Shown in pieces: positions 28,539-36,777 of a stretch of DNA of 57,564 bases. The first letter of the stretch is position 1. Each line of letters starts with the position of its first letter. The stretch lies in the IMG/VR virus record IMGVR_UViG_3300004816_000007, positions 1-57,564 of that record, one strand, 5' to 3'. The notes under the pieces were generated by a model, which worked only from the letters and a program-made list of their open reading frames with translations, was not told the origin of the DNA and did not search any database. The translations under genes and the position numbers were made by a program. The stretch is from a virus. Lineage: Duplodnaviria > Caudoviricetes.

Positions 28539-28879
28539 GTGTTCTATCTGATTTGAAAAATACATTGGAACCTTTATTAATCCCTATTGAAACAGGGGTA
28601 TTTTCTAATAATGCTCCATCTAGATACATCGTAGTTGTGCCTATGTATGACACTTTTGAGCTTCATGCAGATAACGTACCTAGGATTGATGTTCAAGAGG
28701 CTCGGATTTCTTTGTTCTCTAAAGGAAGTTATACAACAGCGAAAAATGCTATCGTGCGAGCATTACTCTCTGCTGATTTTACAATTACCGCACGAGGATA
28801 TGTCGGTTACGAAACCGAAACAGGCTATCATCACTATAATGTGGATGTAGCTAAATTTTATGAAATGGAGGAAAACTAA
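28535..28879 (+). CDS. Putative tail terminator protein
   Basis: Size and position before major tail protein; YETETGYHH. Confidence 0.6.
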   Translation: MSVLSDLKNTLEPLLIPIETGVFSNNAPSRYIVVVPMYDTFELHADNVPRIDVQEARISLFSKGSYTTAKNAIVRALLSADFTITARGYVGYETETGYHHYNVDVAKFYEMEEN

Positions 28880-29467
28880 ATGGCTACAATTGGTCTTGAT
28901 AAACTTTATTATGCTCCGATTACTGAAGATGCAGTTACAGAAGAAGAAACCTATGACACCCCCGTACAGCTTGCAAAGGCGATTTCTGCTGAATTATCTG
29001 TGGAACTTGCTGAGGCTACTCTTTATGCAGATGATGGAGCATCTGAAGTTGTAAAGGAATTTAAAAATGGTACGCTTTCTCTTGGTGTGGATGATATTGG
29101 AACAGCAACGGCTGCAGCACTTACGGGGGTATCTGTTGATAACAATAATGTTGTTATTTCTGCAAGTGAGGACGGTGGTAACCCAGTTGCGATTGGATTT
29201 CGTGCTAAGAAATCTAATGGTAAGTATAAGTATTACTGGCTTTATCGTGTTAAGTTCGGTGTTCCAGCTACAAATCTTGCTACCAAAGGTGATAGTATTA
29301 CATTTTCTACACCTACCATTGAGGGGACTGTACTTCGCAGAAATAAAGCAGATGCAAGTGGCAAGCATCCATGGAAAGCTGAAGTTACTGAAGGAGATGC
29401 TGATGTTCCGGCATCTGTTATTAGTGATTGGTACACTCAGGTTTATGAACCTAATTTTGTAGAGTAA
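28880..29467 (+). CDS. Major tail protein (phi13-like)
   Basis: IGL..LYYA, LYADDG, AIGFRA....G...Y.WLY..KF, TKG.SI.F.TPTI.G. Confidence 0.88.
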   Translation: MATIGLDKLYYAPITEDAVTEEETYDTPVQLAKAISAELSVELAEATLYADDGASEVVKEFKNGTLSLGVDDIGTATAAALTGVSVDNNNVVISASEDGGNPVAIGFRAKKSNGKYKYYWLYRVKFGVPATNLATKGDSITFSTPTIEGTVLRRNKADASGKHPWKAEVTEGDADVPASVISDWYTQVYEPNFVE

Positions 29468-29480
29468 GGAGGAACGATAA

Positions 29481-29864
29481 ATGAATAATGAACGTACAGC
29501 AAATATTATGATTGGTGATGAAGAACATAAACTTCTTCTTACCACAAAGGCAACAAAAGAAATTGCAGGTCGATATGGTGGTCTTGAAAACCTTGGTGAT
29601 AAGCTGATGAAATCAGAAAATGTTGAAATGGCTCTTTCCGAAATCGTATGGCTCATTACGTTGCTTGCAAACCAAAGCATTCTCGTTTATAACCTTAAGC
29701 AAAAGGAACAGCCAAAGGATTTGCTTACGGAAGATAAGGTAGAAATTCTGACTAGTCCTATTGATTTGGCTGAATACAAAGAGGCCATTATGAATGCTCT
29801 TTATAAGGGCGCAAAACGAAATATAGAAAGTGAACCAGAATCAAAAAACATGGTGGCCCCGTAA
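29481..29864 (+). CDS. Tail assembly chaperone (gpG-like)
   Basis: Between major tail and tape measure genes; ends at slippery A AAA AAC. Confidence 0.75.
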   Translation: MNNERTANIMIGDEEHKLLLTTKATKEIAGRYGGLENLGDKLMKSENVEMALSEIVWLITLLANQSILVYNLKQKEQPKDLLTEDKVEILTSPIDLAEYKEAIMNALYKGAKRNIESEPESKNMVAP

Positions 29865-30052
29865 GTGATGAAGAATTATTTACGAGGCTTTTATATTACG
29901 GCATTAGTCAATTGCATCTTACACAAGATGAGTTTTGGCTGATGCCGTTTGGTTTATTGCTTGATTTATGGGAGTGCCATAAGCAGTATAACGGTTTATC
30001 TCGTCCTAAACGGGAAATGTTTATTGATGATATTATACCGGATGGAATCTGA
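29843..30052 (+). CDS. -1 frameshift extension of tail chaperone (gpGT-like)
   Basis: -1 frame open from AAAAAAC 29843-29849: HGGPVSDEELFTRLLYYG...EFWLMPFGLLLDLWECHKQ...GI*. Confidence 0.7.
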   Translation, partial: KKHGGPVSDEELFTRLLYYGISQLHLTQDEFWLMPFGLLLDLWECHKQYNGLSRPKREMFIDDIIPDGI

Positions 30053-30069
30053 CAAAGGAGGTGGAAAGC

Positions 30070-32673
30070 ATGGCAGATAATTTTGGTTTGAAAATAGGTC
30101 TTGAGGGCGAAAAGGAATTCAAGAAGGCTCTTACTGAAATCAATCGAACCTTTAGGGTTCTTGGATCTGAAATGAAACTAGTAGCATCACAATTTGATAA
30201 AAATGATAATTCTGTACAGGCTCTTACAGCTAGAAATCAAGTCTTGAATAAAGAAATTGACGCTCAAAAGAGTAAGATTGCAACTCTGCGTGATGCTTTA
30301 AATAATGCTGCCACTTCCTTTGGAGAGAATGACCGTAGAACACAAAATTGGCAGATACAGCTAAATAATGCATTGGCTACTCTAAACAATATGGAACATG
30401 AACTTGACCAAAATAATTCTGCACTTGTAGAAGCAAACTCCAACTATGATGATGCCGAAGAATCTCTTAATAATATGAATAGTGAAATGGATGATGTTAC
30501 AGACAGTGCAGATGATATGGGTGATGAAATTGAAGATGCAGGTGACTCTGCCCAAAAGTCTGAAAATAAGTTTAAGGGGTTAGGTACTGCGCTCAAATCA
30601 GTAGGTGTCGCAATGGGTGCAGTAGTTGTAGCTGCCGGTGCTGCAGCTGTCAAACTAGGTAAAGAGGTTATATCAGCTTATTCTGATTATGAACAGCTTG
30701 TCGGTGGTGTCGATACTTTATTCCAAGAATCATCGGGTAAACTACAACAATATGCTGCTAATGCATATAAAACGGCAGGTCTGTCTGCAAATGAATATAT
30801 AGAAAATGTTACAGGTTTTTCTGCAAGTTTGATTTCTAGTCTTGGTGGTGACACAGAAAAAGCAGTGGAATATGCTGATATGGCTATAACGGATATGTCT
30901 GATAATGCTAATAAAATGGGTACGGATATGTCTGCCATTCAAAATGCATATCAGGGATTTGCAAAGCAGAACTATACGATGCTCGATAATTTGAAACTCG
31001 GATATGGAGGTACCAAGACCGAGATGGAAAGATTGCTTGCTGATGCAGAGGCTATATCGGGTATCCACTATGATATATCATCGTATGCAGACGTTGTTTC
31101 TGCAATTCATGTAATACAGGAAAATATGGGAATAGCAGGAACTACTGCGGCAGAGGCAGAGCATACAATTTCCGGTTCTATTAATTCACTGCAATCTTCA
31201 ATCAGTAACTTAGTTGTAGGTTTCGGTAATGCGGATGCGGATATGGAATTGTTATGCCAAAATGTTGTGGATGCATTTAAAAATGTGGTAACAAATATAA
31301 CTCCAATCATTGCAAATATTGTGGATGCACTTCCTACGGCAACAGGGGCTCTATTAGAGTCGGTATCAGATTTGTTGCCAATGTTAATACAGACAGTTAC
31401 AGATTTATTTTCTCAAGTGTTAAATACCCTCTTGAATTTACTGCCTAACCTTATCTCCGCGGCTGTAGATGCTGTTATCACAATTGTAGATACAATAATT
31501 GAAAATCTACCACTACTGATAGATGCAGCGGTTCAGCTGATAGCAACTTTGGTTCTGGGCATTGGTGAGGCACTACCACAACTAATCCCTGCAGCAGTAA
31601 ATGCAATTGTTACAATTGTTCAAGGATTGCTTGAAAATCTTCCTATGTTGCTTGATGCGGCACTTCAACTGATATTAGGTTTGACACAGGGACTTCTTGA
31701 TGCAATTCCTCAATTAATTGCAGCACTTCCTACAATCATTACGGCAATTGTGGAGTTTCTTATTAATGCAGTACCCCAGATTATTGATGCAGGTATTCAG
31801 CTTTTGACTTCCCTTGTGTCTGCTTTACCGGAGATTATTACAGTAATTGTAGAGGCGATTCCACAGATAATAGATGGAATTCTTACTGCAATACTGAGTG
31901 CTATTCCCCAACTAATTCAAGCAGGCATTGATTTGCTTGTTGCTCTGATACAAAACTTGCCAATAATCATTACTACAATTGTGAGTGCAATACCTCAGAT
32001 TATTTCAAGTATTGTAAACGCTCTTGTGAGCAATATTGATAAGATTATTATGGCAGGCGTTCAGCTTTTCGTTGCATTGATTCAGAATCTACCTACCATT
32101 ATTGTTGAGATTGTAAAAGCTGTTCCGCAAATAATTGCAGGAATTGTTTCTGCCTTTACAAATAGTATGGGAAAGATCGTAGAAATCGGTGGCAACATTG
32201 TAAAAGGTCTGTGGCAAGGAATTCAACAGCTTTCATCATGGCTATGGGATAAGGTCAGTGGATGGATTAGTGGTATTTGGGATGGAATCTGTGACTTCTT
32301 TGGTATTCATTCTCCATCAAAGCAAATGGGATGGGTAGGAGAAATGCTTGTTAAAGGTCTTGCTAATTCCATTAATAATAATGGTGATAATGCTGTGAAA
32401 GCAGCTAAGGTTATGAGTAATGATATTAACGATGTTATGACTGGTCTTGCTGATGATATGAATACGGCACTTCCATCCAACTTTTCTGTGAATACATCGG
32501 GTGGAGATGTTATTTCAAATATAGCACCTTCTTCTAATGGCTTTGGAGGGTCTCTTGTTACGGTTCAGCAGATGGTTGTTCGGAGTGATGAAGATATACG
32601 AAAAGTATCACAAGAATTATATAATTTGATTCAAACCGGCTCACGTGCTCAAGGTCGGTTTACAACTGCTTAG
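30070..32673 (+). CDS. Tape measure protein
   Basis: Coiled-coil N-terminus, periodic Pro-containing amphipathic repeats (P.II.A...L), FFGIHSPS motif. Confidence 0.9.
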   Translation: MADNFGLKIGLEGEKEFKKALTEINRTFRVLGSEMKLVASQFDKNDNSVQALTARNQVLNKEIDAQKSKIATLRDALNNAATSFGENDRRTQNWQIQLNNALATLNNMEHELDQNNSALVEANSNYDDAEESLNNMNSEMDDVTDSADDMGDEIEDAGDSAQKSENKFKGLGTALKSVGVAMGAVVVAAGAAAVKLGKEVISAYSDYEQLVGGVDTLFQESSGKLQQYAANAYKTAGLSANEYIENVTGFSASLISSLGGDTEKAVEYADMAITDMSDNANKMGTDMSAIQNAYQGFAKQNYTMLDNLKLGYGGTKTEMERLLADAEAISGIHYDISSYADVVSAIHVIQENMGIAGTTAAEAEHTISGSINSLQSSISNLVVGFGNADADMELLCQNVVDAFKNVVTNITPIIANIVDALPTATGALLESVSDLLPMLIQTVTDLFSQVLNTLLNLLPNLISAAVDAVITIVDTIIENLPLLIDAAVQLIATLVLGIGEALPQLIPAAVNAIVTIVQGLLENLPMLLDAALQLILGLTQGLLDAIPQLIAALPTIITAIVEFLINAVPQIIDAGIQLLTSLVSALPEIITVIVEAIPQIIDGILTAILSAIPQLIQAGIDLLVALIQNLPIIITTIVSAIPQIISSIVNALVSNIDKIIMAGVQLFVALIQNLPTIIVEIVKAVPQIIAGIVSAFTNSMGKIVEIGGNIVKGLWQGIQQLSSWLWDKVSGWISGIWDGICDFFGIHSPSKQMGWVGEMLVKGLANSINNNGDNAVKAAKVMSNDINDVMTGLADDMNTALPSNFSVNTSGGDVISNIAPSSNGFGGSLVTVQQMVVRSDEDIRKVSQELYNLIQTGSRAQGRFTTA

Positions 32674-32684
32674 GGGGTGAACTT

Positions 32685-33461
32685 ATGGGTTTTTCTTATA
32701 ATGATATATCTTCAAATAACATGGGACTTAAAGCCAGACTTACTTCATGGCAAGTCTGTGGGGGTATGCGAAATTTCACGACAACTGTTCCAGGAAAATA
32801 TGGTGTAACAGATTTTGGTGCAGACTTTGATTCCCGTGAAATTACAGTAGCTTGTAATATCTTTCCCAAGCATACATTCTCTGCGTTAGTTGAAACAATT
32901 GATGAAATTTCTACATGGCTTGACCCTATGCAGGGATTAAAACAACTTATTTTTGATACAGTACCTGATAGATATTTCATGGCAAGATTAAACGATAAGG
33001 TTGATTGTGAGAGGCTCATTCGTTCAGCTGGAAGTTTTAATTTAAAGTTTTTTTGCCCAGATCCATTTGCTTATGCGGTAATAGATGAAAGCTACAATAT
33101 TACGAACGAAGGGGCTCATACGGTTATAAGGACCAAAGGCAATATCAAATCAAATCCAATCTATTGTGTTGAGGGAACAGTTACCGCAGGTGTGAGTAAT
33201 TATATAACGATTACAACTAATAGCAAAGAATTAAAGATAGTAAATGCGGTTTTGTCAGGCAATGAAACACTTGTAATTGATACGGATAAAATGACCGCCT
33301 ATGTCGAGGATGAAAATGGTATAGTTATGAGAAATGCTCTGCCATATTTGGAAGAATTAAATTTTCCATACCTTGATGTTGGCGAAAATACTATAACAAT
33401 AGAAACAAGTAATGCTACTTTTACCAAATTGAATATTTATGCAAAGAGTAGATGGAGGTGA
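32685..33461 (+). CDS. Distal tail protein (Dit)
   Basis: VPG..G, L.FD..PDRY..A, F.CPDPFAY, L..GEN.I. Confidence 0.8.
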   Translation: MGFSYNDISSNNMGLKARLTSWQVCGGMRNFTTTVPGKYGVTDFGADFDSREITVACNIFPKHTFSALVETIDEISTWLDPMQGLKQLIFDTVPDRYFMARLNDKVDCERLIRSAGSFNLKFFCPDPFAYAVIDESYNITNEGAHTVIRTKGNIKSNPIYCVEGTVTAGVSNYITITTNSKELKIVNAVLSGNETLVIDTDKMTAYVEDENGIVMRNALPYLEELNFPYLDVGENTITIETSNATFTKLNIYAKSRWR

Positions 33462-33465
33462 TTGA

Positions 33466-35991
33466 ATGTCTTTAAAAACAATTCTAAATAAGCAGACAGA
33501 TTTCACAGGTGAATTCCCAGTTGATTATGCAAAATCCGGACTATGGAGATTTAATGATACATCTGTTGATGATGATTATTATGTTACTGATTCTTCTGGG
33601 TTAAACCGTAAGATGAAGATTGTGAACTATTTAGGGACAACTGCTAGTTTACTTAATGGTCAAAAGGGCGGATATGTAAGGATTAACATTAATAATCCCT
33701 CTACAGAAAAGACATATCTCAAAGTAGAAAATGACGGTAGTTTTTTTGCTGATATAGGTGAACGCATTATTGTTGGTGGTTGGATGAAACCGACAACTTA
33801 TTCTGTTGGAAACACATATTGTCCCATATTTAATACTCGATATGGTCCTGGACAGCCAATTTTTTATCTTTCCCTTTATCGTGGAAGACCGAGAATTATG
33901 CTTTATAATTCATCTGGTTCACTTATATTGGATAAATCACTCACACCAACCATTACGCTTGTAAACGGAGGTGTATATTTTATTGCAATGGTAATAGAGG
34001 CAAATAATAAAAAAGCTTGGATTGTTTTGGGTGACCGTGACAGTGGTGAAAGCTGGGTATCAGATGAAAATACATTCACAGGGACGCTTAATCCCTCTTG
34101 TGTGGCTGACATTGTTATGGGTATGCACGCTGATGCTTACTGGTATGCAGGTAGCTTTGATGATTGGTTTCTAGATATGGATTCTAATCTAACAACAGAT
34201 GACCTTGTAAATTATTTTAATGCATCCCTTTGTGCAAATGGTGGTGATACAAGTGGAAATATTGATGCTATTACGGAACCAGGGACAGTTATGTTACGTA
34301 GTACAAATGGTGTATATAAAATAGAAGGTACACTTTATACGGCACCTGCTGTTTGTAATTTATCTGGTACAGGTAAGGTATCTGTTACAAGTGAATATAT
34401 CTCGGGTACAACAGCTGTCGGTACAATTGAAACTTCTACAAGTGATGACCTTATTAACTGGAGTGATTGGGTTGCAGTTCCAACGGATGGGAAACTAAAA
34501 TCACCAAATAGAGCCTATATTCGCTTTAGAGTAATGCTAAGTACTACGGATACAAGCAAGACTCCAAAGCTTTCGGAGATTAGGTTATATGATATTCCAA
34601 AGTCACCTTATGAAAAAATTGGCTATGCAAGACCGGTGGTCCTTGATAGTAACGGTGCATGGGAAGCTGTTCTTGAAAATGCTTACAATATTGTGGTTAC
34701 AAGCGAAATTAACGGTGAAGATACACTTTCTTTCAACATTCCATATCGTGACACAAAGAGAGAATATATTGACAGTGAAAAGAAAATACAAATTGTCGAT
34801 GATATTTATAAAGTTCGTACTATTACGGATATAAAGGATAGTGAAGGTAATCTTGCAACAGAGGTGTATGCAGAAGCAGAGTTTTATGATCTCACTTTTT
34901 CAGTTAGAAAAGAGGAATACAAATTTGATGCAGAAACAGCAGAGGTTGCCATGGCATATGCTCTTGAAGGAACAGAGTGGAGCGTTGGTACAGTTAATGT
35001 TAAGACAAAGAGAACTTGGACCAGTACTGAAAAAAATGCTCTTTCAATTCTTCGCAGTATAGCAGATCTTCACGGCGGTGACCTTGTCTTTGACTGTCCA
35101 AACAGGCTGGTACATCTTCTGAGTGTAAATGGTAAGGATAGTGGTGCCTTGTTTGCGTATAAGAAGAATATGAAAAGCATTAAACGTGTGGTAGATACGA
35201 GAAGTCTTGTAACAAGGATTTATGCTATTGGTGCGGATGGCCTAACCTTTGCTGATATAAATAATGGCAAACCTTATATTGAGAATTATACCTATTCATC
35301 TGATATTCGTATTACTACGTTAGATTGTTCCTCATTTACTAATCCTTATCAAATGAAAGAGTATGCCGAAATGCGACTTGCTGAGTACTGTAAACCATCT
35401 ATTTCCTATGTTCTTAATGCCATGGACTTATCTGTTCTTACAGGATATGAACATGAGTCTTGGTCACTTGGGGATTATGTTCATGTTGAAGATAAAGACT
35501 TAGGACTTTCTGTTACAACCCGTGTAGTTCGCAGAGAATATAATTTGCAGGAGCCGTGGAATACAGTACTTGAACTTTCTACTACGCTTAAGAATCTTGG
35601 AAGTTCTGCAAGTCAATGGGATAATGTGGCCGATTCTTTAGAGGGTACGAGCATGGTTACCAATAATGATATTCGTGAAATGGTGCCTTTTAATCTTCTC
35701 CGAAATTCCCGTGCAGATGATGGTATGGCATATTGGGTAAACTCAGGTTTTGAGGCGGATAGTGATAATGGTGTAAGTGGCACAGCATCTTTTAAAGCGA
35801 CAGGAGTGGCAGGGATGACGAAAAGTATGTCTCAGACAGTTTATCCTGCGAATCGGTCAAGTTACACGTTATCTGCTCAGATTGCCTCTGAAGATTTAGA
35901 AAAGTTAAGTAATGATTCACAGGTAGGTTTTGAAGTGGTTATTGAATATGAAGATGGAACTACAGAAACACGATTTATTGATTTGTATTAG
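33466..35991 (+). CDS. Tail spike/Tal-like protein with N-terminal LamG-like and C-terminal partial jelly-roll domains
   Basis: LWRFN...GSFDDW (LamG-like); EING..TL.F, KN...IKR..D...LVTRIY..G.DGL, LGD.V.V.D (prophage tail endopeptidase-like). Confidence 0.75.
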   Translation: MSLKTILNKQTDFTGEFPVDYAKSGLWRFNDTSVDDDYYVTDSSGLNRKMKIVNYLGTTASLLNGQKGGYVRININNPSTEKTYLKVENDGSFFADIGERIIVGGWMKPTTYSVGNTYCPIFNTRYGPGQPIFYLSLYRGRPRIMLYNSSGSLILDKSLTPTITLVNGGVYFIAMVIEANNKKAWIVLGDRDSGESWVSDENTFTGTLNPSCVADIVMGMHADAYWYAGSFDDWFLDMDSNLTTDDLVNYFNASLCANGGDTSGNIDAITEPGTVMLRSTNGVYKIEGTLYTAPAVCNLSGTGKVSVTSEYISGTTAVGTIETSTSDDLINWSDWVAVPTDGKLKSPNRAYIRFRVMLSTTDTSKTPKLSEIRLYDIPKSPYEKIGYARPVVLDSNGAWEAVLENAYNIVVTSEINGEDTLSFNIPYRDTKREYIDSEKKIQIVDDIYKVRTITDIKDSEGNLATEVYAEAEFYDLTFSVRKEEYKFDAETAEVAMAYALEGTEWSVGTVNVKTKRTWTSTEKNALSILRSIADLHGGDLVFDCPNRLVHLLSVNGKDSGALFAYKKNMKSIKRVVDTRSLVTRIYAIGADGLTFADINNGKPYIENYTYSSDIRITTLDCSSFTNPYQMKEYAEMRLAEYCKPSISYVLNAMDLSVLTGYEHESWSLGDYVHVEDKDLGLSVTTRVVRREYNLQEPWNTVLELSTTLKNLGSSASQWDNVADSLEGTSMVTNNDIREMVPFNLLRNSRADDGMAYWVNSGFEADSDNGVSGTASFKATGVAGMTKSMSQTVYPANRSSYTLSAQIASEDLEKLSNDSQVGFEVVIEYEDGTTETRFIDLY

Positions 35992-36002
35992 GAGGTGGAC
36001 TT

Positions 36003-36200
36003 GTGGCCTATTTTTTAAGAACAACAGAAAAGATAACCACTCGAAGTTATTCTTCAAAAGTTAAGTCCATTACCGTTAGTGTCTGTATAACTAATTGCAC
36101 AGGCACATTTTATATTACTGATTTGTTTTTACAAGCAGGATCTGTTGCTACTGGATGGGTAGGTCATCCGTGCGAAATAAGGTGGACTTTAGATGGCTAA
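36003..36200 (+). CDS. Small tail-associated protein
   Basis: SD GGAGGTG, GTG start; paralogous to the N-terminus of the next gene. Confidence 0.65.
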   Translation: MAYFLRTTEKITTRSYSSKVKSITVSVCITNCTGTFYITDLFLQAGSVATGWVGHPCEIRWTLDG

Positions 36201-36777
36201 AACTTCTTTTATTCGATTAGCAGAAGTCATAAATAAAAAACAAAATAAAAGAGTTGTTAGTGTAATTATTAAACCTACCATAAACAATTGCACTGGAACA
36301 ATACGGTTTACTGATCTTCATCTTCAAGAAGGACCAGTACTTAACGGTTATACTCCACATACAGAGAGCAGAATTTTAAAATTCCGTGAAGACGGCGATA
36401 TCAAATCACCTGTTTGGTTTAACGGTGTGGTGAGGTCTGAGGAAACAATCATTTTATTTAATGTTGGAGAAACATCTGCTGGTCTTAATATTCATATTTA
36501 TCCAAAGTCTGATATGAAAGAAGGTTCAGTTAAGTTGTGTCAAGGTGTTAGCGGTCAGAAGGTATCTTTCCCAAATTCAATTGCAAAAGATGGTGACTTG
36601 GCACTCCTGGCGTCTACAAGGGAGTGTACAAAAAATGGTGTCAATGAACCAAAGGATGGCTTTTATCAATATAGTGCTGCTTGGGATTCAAAACATAAGG
36701 TAACCCTTGAACAAGGTAAAACAGCGAGAGTACTATTTTATATGCAAGAAATGCAGGATGGAGGTAAGCCATTTTGA
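36193..36777 (+). CDS. Tail-associated protein
   Basis: Beta-rich; overlaps neighbours in the tail operon. Confidence 0.65.
   Translation: MAKTSFIRLAEVINKKQNKRVVSVIIKPTINNCTGTIRFTDLHLQEGPVLNGYTPHTESRILKFREDGDIKSPVWFNGVVRSEETIILFNVGETSAGLNIHIYPKSDMKEGSVKLCQGVSGQKVSFPNSIAKDGDLALLASTRECTKNGVNEPKDGFYQYSAAWDSKHKVTLEQGKTARVLFYMQEMQDGGKPF

Noticed and set aside
28994-29680. Long antisense ORFs (228 aa here, 197 aa at 22646-23239 and many shorter ones)
   Set aside because: Shadows of well-supported + strand phage genes, with no recognisable motifs
31250-32200. Repetitive hydrophobic protein segment as a novel repeat or membrane system
   Set aside because: Ordinary periodic repeats of a tape measure protein
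35977-36005. Programmed frameshift fusing the tail spike to the next gene
   Set aside because: The -1 frame is open only from 35982 with no canonical slippery heptamer, and the next gene has its own strong SD
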